A stretch of DNA of 63,991 nucleotides, filler included, from Streblomastix strix (taxonomy: Eukaryota): assembly GCA_008636045.1 (NCBI GenBank). It is 3 parts of 3 records of this genome, joined end to end, with 100 filler letters (N's around TTAATTAATTAA, not from the genome) between each part and the next. Parts side by side here need not be neighbours in the genome. Positions count along the whole stretch, not along the records: positions 44,355 to 63,991 come from SNRW01000499.1; 2 more parts are not named here. One strand, written 5' to 3'. Shown here piece after piece: positions 49,501-63,699 of this stretch. The notes beneath the pieces are model-generated. The model was given only the letters and a program-made list of their open reading frames with translations. It did no database searches and had not been told where the DNA came from. The stretch's first letter is position 1; each line of letters begins with the position of its first letter. A program made the position numbers and the translations under genes.

Positions 49501-51184
49501 TAGATATGCCTTTTGGAGCCGGACAGGATATTGGACCCGGACACCCATAGACGTGTAAATTTAAACGGGTTTTGTGCATATTGCCGCTAGTACATATTTT
49601 TAACGGTTTATTTTGATAAATTGAAATGATATAGGTTTGAAAAATTATATTTTGTGTATGATATATGCAAAAGTGTTTGATATCGCGCTGTATTAATTTT
49701 TTTTAGTAAATCATTATTCCACAGCTGGAAACAGTTCATTCATGCGTGCATTCCATTCCAACTCGTCTATTGCAGCATATAAATGTCCATTGTCGTTAAC
49801 AGTAACCAAACTTGCTCTACGGAATGCAGAACGGTTCCTGGATGGCGTTGCTGCAGCTTCCGTCGCCGCTACGATTCGAGCAATCCTTTGAGCTTAGGTT
49901 TAAGCATCTGATTCATTGTTTGCTTTCTTTAACTCACCTTTTAGAACTGCAAATGTTAACAGATCCTCAACTTATAAAGCATGTGAGCTATGAGCTGGAA
50001 TAAACACTGGTCTCACGTTTGATCTACGTAGGATCTCTAAGATATATACATTTTTATGTGCTGGCAAATTATCCATTATTAATATTGCTTCTTGATCAGC
50101 TCCGAGTTTGTCCGGCCTTAGCGAATCGACATAAGGAAGTAGCACATCGATTACCCAGGCGCGAAAAATTAACGTATTGATACAACCTTTAGGTCTGTGT
50201 ACTATTATTACGTCTTCATTTTCTCTCAGTCCAGTGGCATGGACATCAATATCCAATGTTAATCGCTTGGTGACTAACAAAGGCGGAAGAGTGTCACCGC
50301 ACAATGAAATTGCCGGCATTACGTTATACAAATGACCGTTACGTTTTACCTTATATCTTAACTATCCTTATGTTGCATCTGAAGGTACAAGCATCAATTG
50401 AGGCCTCGCGTCAGGCCAGTTCTGGCAGCCGCATTCATCTATTACGATAATGGCGCAAGTGGGCTTATCAACAACATATTGGTCCAATTCAGAGCGATAG
50501 CGAGTAGTTTCATCTCTGCTTACCTCCATTCTTCCACCTTCTCGAGGAATACACCAACGTGAAGTAACTTTATCGTTATGCCGATCCAAGAAACTGTCAA
50601 CAAACTTCCTACCGACAACAGCGTGAAACTCTTCATTTATGTAATTAATAAAGTTTTAATGAGCAAATGGTTTTCCACTTTGAAATCTATCAGTAATTTC
50701 GAGTAACATTACTATCTCGTCATTGTCAGAAAAACGTCTTTTGTTCGGAATGTTTCTTTCTGTTACTTCGTTTGACACTACTATCTCACTAATTCGTGAT
50801 TTTTTAATTCCAAACAGTGACTCTAGCATTCGATACGACACAACTATATCTTAACATGCTTTCAGTTCCTACCAAAGCATTCTAACTTGTTGTTTAAAAG
50901 AAAATGTTGGTTCAGCTCCAAATCTCATGCATACACGAACAGCTATATGTTCATCGTATATAAGTGAAAGTTGCGCCTTAATGTGATCAATTGTTAGAGG
51001 AGGTCGTAGTGCAGCTATTGAAAAAATTTGAATTTATATAACCATAAAATTTTATCGATAATTGTGCATTTATTATTATCAATATTATTTATTATAAATA
51101 TATATTACAAATAAATTTTATAACTCTAAATATAAATAAATTGTCCGGGTCCAATATCCTGTCCGGCCCCAAAAGGCATATCTG
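49501..51184 (-). mobile_element. pogo/Fot1-type DNA transposon with TA target-site duplication, apparently intact
   Basis: 43-bp TIRs (CAGATATGCCTTTTGGGGCCGGACAGGATATTGGACCCGGACA, 2 mismatches) flanked by TA at 49499-49500 and 51185-51186. Confidence 0.93.
49711..51045 (-). CDS. DDE_1 (pogo-like) transposase, DD35D, 444-codon open frame
   Basis: IIVIDECG...PAISLCGDTLPPLLV...LIMDNLPAH...FIPAHSSHAL(TAA=Q)VEDL with 35 residues between the 2nd and 3rd D; three ORF-track fragments join in one frame when TAA=Gln; exact start uncertain. Confidence 0.88.
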
Positions 51185-54100
51185 TACTTTCAGATGCTTT
51201 TGAAAAGAAATTATTTGAATATAACAATAATAATATTCTTGAATCTTTTTAGATCATTTTAAGAATTATTTAATTTGGAACTGATGAAAACAAGAGAAAT
51301 ATTTCAATTACCTTTAAAGATTATATTGATAAACAGATTATTAATTAATCTGTTGAATAAGAAAAGAAAAAAATGGATTGAAATATTGGTTTAGAAAATA
51401 CTTACAATGATCAATAAGTAATAAAATGAACTTAATTCTTAAACAAATAATAATTATTTCATTTAATAAGAAACTAATAATTCAAATTCAATAATTGATG
51501 TGTTTTCAACAATTTCTATATCTTGATAATTCCAAACACAATGTAAACATTAATCAGATGGATCGAATTTAAGTTCATCTTTGCAACAAAATTTATCTCG
51601 ATTACATAATAAACAATGAAAAATATTTATGAGAGAAAATGGAATTGAAAACCAATTTTGAATAAAAAGGAAAAAGAAATAAAAATTTGAATAAATGTTT
51701 AATTAGATATAGCCATGATAAAGTTTGCATTTGTTGAATTCAAAGAGACAGAAGCTGTGTCTTTAAAACTATTTGACTCCAGATAGTAACTTCTTTCTTT
51801 ATTTTTTTATTTTCGATTTCATACATGAATCCTTGTCTTGTAACACTAACTGGAAATATTTTCTGTTTTATTTATATTTCATTTGAAATGGTTTTTATTC
51901 ACTTCAAAATCAATCAATAATTTTTTTACTATTAACACATTTCAAAAGCTGGATCTAATAAAAGTATTTAATACACCTTTTACATTCACCATATCGAACG
52001 AAACCATAATATATGCGTATATGGAAAAATTTTCATCTTTAAAAATTATCAGTATAAATGTAAAAGTTATAAAATTTAAATGCTTCTATATTTATTTTAG
52101 AATTGTTTTTTAAATGTTCATATCCAAGAGCGTGATGATTGAATAAGACCATTTATTTGATTTTTAATCTCAATTATTATTTCATATTGCTAATATTCTA
52201 AGCATTGATTTGCACTTAGGTATGATTTTTAAGATTATGAGACTTGTTCCATTCTATATAGCACTCCTATTTCAGATCGTTTAAAGCAGAAAAATAATGA
52301 TATTGGACTGTTATTTTCTCGAGATTTTCGAATATAATTTTGAACTGATTTGATACCTCAATTAAATGTAACTTATATTTCACGATCAATTCATTCTTAT
52401 AATCTATATTATGAATTTTAATGTTTTTGATATCTGTTTTAGGTTTCATACTATTAGTTTCATTTACCATTGTAGCACCAGATGCAATATTAGCTAATCA
52501 TTTTGTTTGAATAGCTTAATTTACTGCACTTACTTATGTTGGAATTATTTTGATTATAGTTTAACAACGATATACCATATTATTTTCACTTATTGTTTGA
52601 ATATATGGTGCGATTTTTAGATAACATTTGATGAAACAATTAACAAAATTTATTTGATGACTTTTTCAATTCGAGTACGATATCATTGAAAATCTCTGTA
52701 ATATTGTATAAAAATACGATTATTATTCGCTTTGCATATTTTCTTAGTTATTTTTTATCACATTTGCTTGTTCAATATGTTTTTTAGTAAAATATAAAAT
52801 GAAGTGAATCTTTTATACTTCTATATTTTAAGCTCACTATAAAAATCTGTTCAATTTTTTATATCAAAATTTAGAGATTTCTATAACTGTTAATTTATTT
52901 GATATTAATAACTATATTTCTAACTTATATTAAGTTATTTTTAATTTACTTATCAGCATTGATTCTATTCATTAAATAAAGAATATATTTTGAAGCATCA
53001 GGTATAAATTGAAAATAATAGATAGAAATACAAAATTTAAATATAATCTGATTGTGAAATTTGAATTTAGTTGTAAGAAACGAATATTATTCAGCTTCAT
53101 TGATTATATATAAAAACTTTTTTACATATCTTAAATTAAAGAGAAAACTAATTTCTTTGTATGATCATATTTTTAAAAATTATATATAATGCTTTCCATA
53201 AGAAAAAAGGCTTATTTAACTTAAGAAAAATAAATTGCAATTTTAAAAAAAATGTTGGAGCTTAAGCGATGAGATGAATAGAAAATAATTGGTGCTTTTA
53301 AAATTTATATCTATTCTCTTTTCCAATTATCAAACTTCTTAATAAATAAATTTCTATTAGTAATTTTTTGGATCAGTTGAATAGTTAAATAAAAAAAGCC
53401 ATTTTAGTAAATTATTTATTATTTTATTAAAAATACTAAATAAAACAATAAATTCAATAAATCTTAAAAATACTATATAATGCTCAAAATTCAAGTGAAT
53501 AATAAGAGGAATTGTTGAAAGAGAAAAATAGAAATCGAGTTTGAAAATTTCATAAAGAAAATTACTTTTAGGTATAAATAAAAAATCTTTCCAATTAATG
53601 CAATTATATTTCAAAATAGTCGTTTTTCAATTATAATAAAAATGTTGTTCTATTGTATAAGATGCACAAGTTGGCATAAAAATTTATAGATGATAATTTG
53701 AAAAATATCGAGGAATCGAACATTTTTTAATTTTTATTTGAAATAATTCAAATAAAGCAATAAGTGATATTTATATTTATTACATATTTATCTCAAAACA
53801 TTAAACAAAATTAACAAAATTTGATAAAAAATTATATATAGTTTGATGGAGTTTATTGTTAGATTACATAATCAAATATTTTAATTCCTCAATCTTTGGA
53901 TTGAAAGTTTACTATTTATCTTAATCTAAATATAATTCTAAAAAATATGCAAATATAAAACTACACATATTATAATTGTTACAAAATTATTTTCAGGTGC
54001 TTCAAAATTTAAACGCAAATTATTGATGGATTAATTGCTTGTTTCTTATGTTATGTTTTTCTAAATACTCTATAAAAACAAAATATTTTATTATAATATT

Positions 54101-54897
54101 TTCCAAATTTATTTTACTTAATAAATTCATTTATTAACCTAGATTTTTTGAGAAAATTTGGCTTCAACTTAAAATTTACACACATATATTTACAATGTAG
54201 ATAAATTTTATGATATAAAATTTTTTTACCAATCATCACAGTTTAAATTTAAAAAAATATAATACGTTATTTTAACAATAGCTGTTATCTAGCATTTTTC
54301 CATAAATTTTTAGATTTCACTTGTCCTTATATAATTAATGCTTACTTGATAATATTTATTATATTATTATATGTAAAATAACTGCTTTATGAAATATTTA
54401 ATATATTTAAACTGCTATGTATGCCAGGAAGCTCTTAACTCTTTTATAGGTTATGAACATATTGAATGAGAGTTTAAATTTAATTTACATATATTGCGAG
54501 GAGAAATTCAAATTTTCATATTAAATTTTTTAGTTTCGCTCAAACTATAAATTTCACATTTCCTGAAATTGACAAATAAGAAAGAATTAAAAAAGTAATT
54601 ATTTATATACATTAGAAATTTAAAAAAAAATTTTGAAATAAAACTGAATTTTTAAAAAATATTATCTTTTATCTCATAAAAATAAAAATATAGTTCATAA
54701 AAAAATTTTATATTACACTTATTTGTAAATCAGCAAAATTTGCAAACCCGAAGAAGAAAGCCAAATTGATAAAAATATTAATTTTATAATTTTTTTAGAA
54801 TAATGAAAATGGTGGTATGTAAATGAATTATGTTTCGAAAATATAGACATCCCTGTTATAAAGTGAAAAACTTAAGGTTTAAATTTTTTAATTTCAA

Positions 54898-57800
54898 ATG
54901 CCACCGAAGCTCTTGAAGGGTTAGAGAGCTATTGATAGTGCCAAACAATCATTAAATTTATAGGAGGTATAGCAGTTTGAAAATGAATTGGAACGTGCAG
55001 CATATCTTATAGCAAATAAAATTGAACATAGAGACTATTTTCTTCAACTCTGGCCTAATCAAAAGTTTAAATTAGATCGAGCAATTAGAGCGGTAAAGTA
55101 ATGCCGAGATATTGGAATTGATGGAAGACATCCGAAATTAAATAAAAGCGAGCTAAAAACACTTGAATAAACAATTGAAAAAGACAATATATTTAATGAA
55201 TTTGTTTCTAAAACTGACATTAACAACTACAGGGTGTTTCATAAGTCATAGTACATAATAAATCGTTTAATGTATATTGATATAATGAATATATATATGT
55301 TTAATTTAATTATAATTACTAAAGAATATATATATATAATATTAAATTGAAAAGTGAAAAATAAATTAATTAAACCTGTTATAAAATTTGATTTTAAATG
55401 TGATTAATTTTTTTAAGTTTTTTTTCAAAAAATTAAGTAAAAAATTTGAAAAAAATACAACTATCGCACTTTATCATTTTGAATTATTTCGTTTCTGATA
55501 ATATATACTAATATTTAATTTTAAATAAATTTAATAAAATTTAAGAAAAAACATCGTTTGAACGAACTACTAATTTTTTCAAAAAAGACCTAAAAATTGA
55601 CTTCGTTCTTTTCATTAAAGGTCTGATCAACTTGCTTTTCAATGGTAAAACGTGCAATGCAGACTGGGCATACAACTAAGGAAAGAATAAAAGCAGTTAA
55701 GTTATTCTACAAATACGGATCGGCGAAAAAAGTTCTCGAAAACTGGAAAAGAAGCAAAAAGCCTGACAGACGGTTTAACACTTACACGGTGAAGAAATTT
55801 GAGAGAACAGGCTCGGTATTGGACAAAAAGGGAACAGGGCGAAAAAAATCTGCAACAAAATAGGAAAATGTTCAACGTGTCGAGAACATCTTTGATGAGA
55901 AATCTACATCGCCAGTAAGAGATGTTGCGCGAGAGGCAGGTTTATCGTTAACGTCTGCAGAACGTATTAAATTGAGTTTACACATGCATAGTTATCGATT
56001 ATAGCGAAGATAGGAATTACAACCGGTTGATTTTACAACGAGAAAGGCTGCTTGTTAAGCTCTTATTGACAAAGCCATCGAGATTAAAGATTTTTCGAAC
56101 AAGATTTATTGGTCTGAAGAGTGCTTTTTTGAACTTTCCGGTCATGTTAACACCTTTAACTGCTATTACCATTCTTAATGTAATCCACACTATACAATAG
56201 ATATTCCTCATTCGGCAGGATCACTAATTGTCTGGTGCTCGCTTTCATCAAAAGGGTTAATTGGACCATTCTTTATCATGAATACTATCGATCAATGGGA
56301 ATACTAGAGTATTCTTGGAGATATATTCTAAGTTGAACTAAACATCAAAGGTATTAACATGAGAAGTATCTTTTTTAGTAGGATGGAGCACCTTCTCACT
56401 CAGCCAAATCGACAAAAACCTTCCTTGAAGAAATGTTTGGTAACAGCTTGATCGGGAAGGGTCTGAACCTTGAGTGGCCTCCTAGAAGTCCTGATCTTAC
56501 CCCTCTGGATTTCTTTCTTTGGGAGTATTTGCGCGATCAAGTTTATGAACCAAGACCACCAACTTTATTAGACCTAAAATTTGCAATAATAAGAGAGGCA
56601 GAATAAATGACCACATAAATGTATAAGAATCTCTGCCAGAGTGCGTTTAAACGATTTTAATAATGTACTGACTTAGATGGTGATAATATATAACATTAAT
56701 AAAATGAAAATTTAATATATATATAAATTTTTGAATTTTATTTTATCTTTTATTTTGTACTAAGAATTATGAAACACCTAGTATGTATTTAACAGATAGT
56801 TTTGTAATTGATTATATTTTTATTTTATTTTTTTTAAAGGCAAACAACCTGATCGATGCAAGAGGGCAATTAAAAGATGTAAACAGAATGAAACATGTAG
56901 TAAGCTCCTTTGCATTTGATTTTGAGCGAATGCTAGAAAATTTGAAAAAAATAAAGGTTTCGTTGAAGGAATTATTCAGATTACTTGCGGAGACACAAGA
57001 AGCTTTACGTCCAATGTTCGACAGGATTGAAATCCTATTCTCCCTGAATGATTATAACGTAGGACTTGTATTCAACTTTGACGAAAAGTCTTTGAGACTC
57101 TCATAGACTCTTTCTACTTATCTATTTACTGTTGGCGAACATATTGCGCCTTCTTTAGTTGCCCCTCCAAGGCACAAAAACGCAACATTGGTTTTATGCA
57201 TTGCTTCAGACGGCGAGCATCATTACCTATTGAATTTACAAAATCAATAAATTCTCATTTCAGAATAATCTGTGGAAGTGGGTGGATGACAAACGAAATT
57301 CTTAGCAAACAGGTGATGCCAGTATGGATAAAGCATCACTTGAGATGATCAAAGTAATGAGGTTATTTTATATGAAATTGATAATTAATTGAAATTGTAC
57401 AAACAATTTAAATTTAACTGATAATTTAAATTTGTATATTATTACAAATGATTTAAATCAAAAGGATACTGATATTGACCTAAGTACAATTGTTCCACAT
57501 TCTTCTGGCGTTTATCAACCTTGCGACTTGGGACAAAATGCACAATTGCAGATACATCTCGATTTAATTTGCGGATGAGGTGCAGGTAATTCAGCATCCG
57601 AATACAGAATGAAACTCATTGCACGAATTCTCGACTCTCTGACATTTGCATTGAAACCATTAGTTGTAGTGTCGGCTTTCTTGTTGGCTGGACTTTTTAA
57701 AGGAAAATCTAATGAATATCTACAAAAGCTCTTTCTAAAGCCAAGAATTCCCGAAAGACTCCGAAATATCGAGATTAAATAAGAATATGGTTTCCCAATT

Positions 57801-58220
57801 GGTAATAAAACGTTGACAGATCTAACCATAATTATAGAGTGGGAAAACCTGCTAATAGAGAAAAAAAGAAGAAAATGAAAAAATTGAACTAAAGATTGCA
57901 AATGCAAATGCCAGAAAAGAAAAGAAAGAAAAGAATGAAAATATTAAAAAAGAAAAAAAAAGAATAAAAAGATGCTCTGAAAAAGGATAGATAAGAAACT
58001 AAATAAAGAAAATAAGAAGTTGGAGAAATTGACAGTAAAATGAAATAAATTGTAAAAAAGAATAAAAGTAAAAGAGTAAAAATAACTTAGAAAGAAGATG
58101 ATATTCTTGATGAATCTGAAGATGATGATTATGAAGATGGCTACCTTATTTAAGAAAGTGATGATAATGTATTTCAAGATTAATCAGAAAGCAGAATTTA
58201 CAAAAATTGATCGAAATTAA
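54898..58220 (+). mobile_element. Degenerate pogo-like DDE_1 transposase gene interrupted by a nested Tc1/mariner; termini not identified
   Basis: MPPKLLKG...RDIGIDGRHPKL...|LVFNFDEKSL...ATLVLCIASDGEH...IVPHSSGVYQPCDLG; frameshifts and deletions. Confidence 0.7.
55230..56781 (+). mobile_element. Tc1/mariner element, DD41D (rosa/Visitor-type), nested insertion with TA TSD
   Basis: Left TIR CAGGGTGTTTCATAAGTCATAGTAC, right GTACTAAGAATTATGAAACACCTAG, TA on both sides; transposase from 55642: KFERTGSV..GRKKSAT..WSEEC..VWC..LIGPFF..QQDGAPSH..WPPRSPDLTPLDFFLW; frameshift near 56375 and first catalytic D replaced by E. Confidence 0.9.
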
Positions 58221-59089
58221 TAAAATATTTAAATGAATAAATTTGATAAATAAATTTTTTTTTAAATATATTTAATATTTTTAAAATTTCTTTTTTATTT
58301 ATTAAATTTTAAATTTATTATTTTTTAGTATATTTTCATAATTTCAATTTTGATTTCATTATGAAAGCTATATGAGTTTTAAGGTAGAACATGTATTACT
58401 TAACTTTAATTAATACTTTTTACTTATATTTTATAGAATTAATTTTTTATTTAAGTTACAGAAATGTGTTTGATATAATAATTAAAATAAGCAATTAAAT
58501 AGATTTCAAACATAAATGATGAATTAATTTACTAAAATAGTCAATATTATATATATATATATATAATTTTTCATTGCAGAATCTTTATTAAAAAAATAGG
58601 GGAAATTTTATAATAAATTATATTTAATAAAATTATTAATTATTTTTCTTTTGTAGAAGATTATTTTTGTAATGTTATCATTTTTCATTACGTTAGATTC
58701 TTAATCGTTACTATTATTCAAAATTTAATTTTTTAAAAAGATTATTATGTTGAGTTATTAATATTTTTTTTAATTTTTTTCTAAAATTTATATTGATATT
58801 ATATAATAAAATATTAAATGTGTTGATAATTTATTTAATAATTAAATATATTAAATGATAAATTAAAATATTTTTATCACAATTCTCGAATTCATAAGCT
58901 TTTATTTAAATACAAAAAAATAATAATTTATTAAAATTTATAAATAGTATATTCAAATTTTTCAACCTATCAAATTAGAAATTCTGAATTCCACAAGAAA
59001 ATGAAAATTATTTGTTTTAAGCTAAACAAATAAATTGAAAATTTGTGTTGAATGATTTGAAATGAACTCAAATTCATCACTTTCTACAA

Positions 59090-60299
59090 ACCATCTTTTC
59101 TTTATGCATTTGTTTTATGTGTGCTTAATAATTTATATTCTACTTATGAATTATTTATTTATATGTATTACATTTTTAATTTTTTATTATTTTTGGTAGG
59201 TTTAATAGGATTATTGAATTGAATATACTTATTATTTAGAGCTGCTTGGCGAGTGGGATAATGGTATGTTGAATCAATATTTATAATACTTTAATTAATA
59301 TCTTGATCATTATCATCATCTTCTTCTAATCACATTCTTTTTTTTCCTTTTTCTTATTATATTATTTATTCATTTTTATTTTATTCTTATTCATATTATT
59401 CAATTAATCTTTTTCTTTTTATTTTTTTCATTTTCTCATTAATTTTATTTTCTAAATTTATTAAATTTAATTCATCTACTTCTTCTTCTGTATCTAAAAT
59501 AGTAAATATTTTTTTTAATTATTTTAATATTATTAATTATAATTATTATTATTGTTCTTATTCTTTTTAGATAAACTTTTTGGGAATGTTGGAGGAGGTG
59601 ATGGAGAAGAGGGATAGAGAAGATTTGAAATTGTATTTAAGGTATTTTATTAATATATATTTTGGTGGTTGCTTTTATTAATTAATGGCTACTTTTGATT
59701 TGTTTTATTAATTGATGATTATATTGATTATTCAGTTTTGTTTATTAATTCATCTAAATCTCTTTCAAATATAATTTTTTAATTTTTAAATATTTCTTTT
59801 TACTATTAATCTTTATTATGTATTCTTTACATTATTTTAAATTATCAAACTCTTATTCAATTTTTATTTCTTCTTATTATTCAGGATCTAAATTATTTAC
59901 TTATTATTGTTAATTTTCATTATGAGTTTGATTTATATTCAAAATTAAAGGTGGTAGAGGAATAGGAGGTAATTATGGAGGTAATTATGGAAGTAATCCA
60001 AAACTTACTTAATGCTTATGAATATGCTATGGAAATTGTAATTGCTATATTGTTGATTAAAGTATATCTTATTCATTAATTGATTTTGATTATTAACTTT
60101 TTTATTATTATTCAGATTTTGATCTTTTCTTATTTTATTTAATATCTTTTTCTTTACTTTATTTCTTTTATTCATCAATTTCTTCATTAATGTTATTTTA
60201 TTCAAATATTTATTTATTTATTTATATTTACTTTTCTTCCAACATATCTTTTAATAATATTATTTATAAATTTGATAGTTAATCAGAATTTGACTTCAT
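59090..60299 (-). CDS. Low-complexity Q/P/E-rich ORF of unknown function, possibly frameshifted
   Basis: MKSNSDQLSNLQIILLKDMLEEK...LLPQLPPQLPPIPLPPLIL...PSSPSPPPTFPKK; strand-biased coding-like composition; ends uncertain. Confidence 0.4.
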
Positions 60300-60990
60300 C
60301 AAAAAAAAATAAAAAGATAAAAAATAAAATTTATGAATAGCTTTCAATTAAATTAAACAAAAATTTTCAAATTTTTAACAATATCTTATTGTAATGCGTT
60401 AAATTTTTTAATCAAATGATATATATTATCAAAGGTATTGGTGAAAAATCAAAAATTAATAAAAAAAATTTAATATAAATTTTACGCTTAAGTTAGTTCT
60501 TGAATTAATTTGAATTTATTATCTAATCATTATAATAGATACAATTTAAAATTTAATTTGAAATTCATCATAATTATTAAAATATTGAATGAAAAACTAA
60601 TGACATATTGAAACAGTGTTAAATGTTGGTGAAAATAGTACAAATCTCGATTAATTATATAAAATCAGGTAAATTATAATATTTTTAATTAAAAATTAAA
60701 ATATCAAATCAATATAATTCTGAACTTTTATACTGTTGCTCTAGTAAAAAATATGTGTTATTATAAGGCTAAAATTATTCAATACAAATATTAGATTTTA
60801 TTATAATAATAAATAAACATAAATAAATCCTTTTAAATTGACAAAAAAATTAAAAAAAATTAAAAAAAAATTTTTTATGGGACTTATGATCAAAAGTCCA
60901 TTCGGGCGGTTGAAAAAAGTCCGTGTCTGTAGTCAGGCCCTTACATGATTTATTATTATTTTTCATTCACTCAATTTCAGCAGATACTAA

Positions 60991-62470
60991 ATGCTATTAT
61001 CTATTTCAGATTAAGATTGTGGATCATCTATAAGTTAGTTGTACATTAGCCCACTAATTATTATGTTTAAGGTTTAATTATGCTTTATTTTATTTTTTTT
61101 ATGTTTTTTTTTTAATTTTTTATTGTTAGAGCAAAGATGAAGAGCATTCACAAACAGCGTGTGAAGGACGAAGTAAACTTATCAGAAAATCTCCAAATAT
61201 TTAGAAATCACTTTTGAAGAGTGGATTCATTTAGATGACAACCTTTGCTCTGGTTTGCATTTTGATTAATTCGTTTTAATGAAATGAATATATTTAAATT
61301 GTTTATTATATATTTACAGATGGAAGAAGGAGATCTTCATCATGTACAGACAAACATTCTTATTGTTATTCTTGATCTTATAACAAGTGGTGCTGATATT
61401 CATGTTATGGGTGGACTATTACCAGTTCTTGATAAACTTGCAAAAGAAGAAGATTCATAAAAATAAAGAATAACAATGAAAACACAAATAATTCAAACAA
61501 TTCTAACAAGTAAAAGTGTCACTATACCTTCTCCAAGCTCTGAAATATAAGAATTAAAGAAGAAAAATGAAGAACAAAGAAATAGATAGTAGAATAGAAA
61601 AGATTGAATGAATATAAAAAGTAAATCATCGATCTTGAAATTCAAATTGAAGAAGCAAAACTCAAATCGGGTGATGTTGCATTTTCAATCTATGTTCCAA
61701 TAGGTTCTTATACAAAGAAAGATGGTGAATTCACTTATACATCAACATCTGCCCAGTATAAAGTATTCCCAATTGAACCAGTGATTACAGAAGGAATATA
61801 TAAATGTGAATTCAAAGGCAACTTAGGAACAGGAAATGATTGTTTGTTCATATTTTATTCTTCAAATTATTAAATTCATTCTCTTTATTATTATTAAGGG
61901 TTTGGCGTTATGAAATCTGGACTTGTTGTACCATTTGGATAGCATACAAATACACAACCTTGTTAGATAACTTTTTTTTACAAGATTCTATATATTATTC
62001 TTATTTTTTTATTCAAAATAATATTTTAGATGCAAAGGACAGCATATTCTTTTACGCTGGGTACATAAATTATTATATTTTTAATCATTTTCATTACACA
62101 TAATATATTTTTATTTTATTAGAGGTGTACAACAAAATTTAAGAAATACACCAGCAGGAAACTCAACAATAACCATCAATGGCATTGCAGCCATTGAAGT
62201 TAACATGAATACAACACCACGAACTGTTCATCTCTTCATAAACAATGTTCAACAGCCTGGATATATGAGTGGACTTCCTGAATCTGTTCAGTACTACGTA
62301 TGTTTATTAACTAATAGATTGAATATTTATTATTATTATTTTGTTATGACAGTTTTAATTGTGGACCATGGGATAACCAGCAATTGTACTGCCTCTGAAA
62401 CGTCTTTCTGCACCAACTGTCACAAATATCTACATTACAAAGGAAGTGAAATGGGAATGTATGAATAAAG
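60991..62470 (+). pseudogene. Multi-intron gene with helical N-terminus, coiled coil and a beta-rich SPRY/B30.2-like C-terminal domain; frameshift near 61580
   Basis: VFPIEPVITEGIYKCEFK..FGVMKSGLVVPFG..AIEVNMNTTPRTVHLFINNVQQPGYMSGLPESVQYY. Confidence 0.55.
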
Positions 62471-62889
62471 AAGTAAAATATATATTTATATAAAAATTAA
62501 TTAGACTAAATTTTGTAATAGGTTATGACCTCACATATGAATGTATTCATTAATAAATTGAATACAATGTTATTCAAAGGTCAAAACATATATATGGGTG
62601 TGGAAAAAGGCAATCACTGAAAATATATCGATGATTGTGAATAAGAGAATCCCAAAATTCATAAATATTAATATTATATTTATTAAATTATTGATTTATT
62701 TGTCTTCATTTTCCTTTTTACTTTATTATTCACTTAGAACTTATAATTGCACACGATACAACAAAAAGAAGGCAATCAATTGAAATTTTATATCTTTTTT
62801 ATTGTTTAATTTGAGTTTTTAGTTGTTAATAGTTTGATTTATTATTCACTTATTACAACTAAATAAAATATAAAATTAAACACAAACTT

Positions 62890-63570
62890 TCATTTCTTCT
62901 GTAAATATTCACATGCTGATAAAATCTTATTTTAAGTTTAATTAAACTGAACAGCAAATGTGCTCAAATAAGCTGCTACAACCAGTCTTGAATTCCCCAA
63001 TGTTGCTCTTAATGTGCTAATCATCACTTTCAGAAGCTTCATTATTTCAATTTAAATTGATCCATTATATAATATTTACTTAGACTGTAGTTATTTATTA
63101 ATAATTAATCCATTCAGAACTTATTCTGATGCAACCAGTTCTAAAGAAGCTATTTTTGACCTTTACTCTGCATCTGATATTGCACTCTAAAGTATCTCCT
63201 TAGCTGTTTATGCATTTTGAAGTGCTTTCCTTATTTCAATCAATTTATCCTTTTCATCATCAACATATTACAGCATAGTCTGATACACAGCATCTCCACC
63301 TTTCATTGATGATTCATATTCTGCTTATTCAACGAACACTTAATTCCTATTCATTTCTTTGATCTTTGATTCAATTAGAATATATCTTATTCTTTCTTCC
63401 TTTGTTATATCTTCTTTTAATTTCATATTTTCCATTCTAAGTTGAACAAGACTCATTAGTTGATCAATTTCTTCTTAACTGAGTATTTGTTTATGTGGAT
63501 CAATTGGTTGTTTATTATTTAATTAATGTGAGAATTGAGTTTAATTTTGTTTGAGGTTTTAGTTTAATGG
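62890..63570 (-). CDS. Coiled-coil protein of unknown function; start not located
   Basis: About 225-codon open frame QILSQEEIDQLMSLVQLRMENMKLKE...ILSACEYLQKK ending at TGA 62890. Confidence 0.45.
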
Positions 63571-63699
63571 ATATGAAAAATTAAATAAAATAAAAGTAAA
63601 ATAAAAATTAAGAAGTGTTTATAATACAGTTTTATTATTCTTTATCATTGTTGAATCTAATAAAATATTCTTTATTAATACAAATAATTCAAAATAACA

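Larger units (their letters stand above)
44506..51430 (+). pseudogene. NEK-like kinase + coiled-coil/ARM-like gene disrupted by two transposons and frameshifts; ends approximate
   Basis: CSRGNLRKII|VWELFAQII..LDHLH..GMHRDFKPENI..GNFGLA..FAGTK.YMAAEVW..SDIF..GRHPF; frameshift near 46865; exon ANHNAI|LSDAFEKK split by the element at 49501-51184. Confidence 0.7.

Noticed and set aside
51480..54400. Short minus-strand frames in a very AT-rich stretch
   Set aside because: No recognisable motif or consistent frame; cannot support a gene call
60878..60945. GC-rich patch with a GGACTT/AAGTCC hairpin and repeated AAAAGTCC
   Set aside because: Could be a transposon-end remnant, but no partner terminus was found in the window
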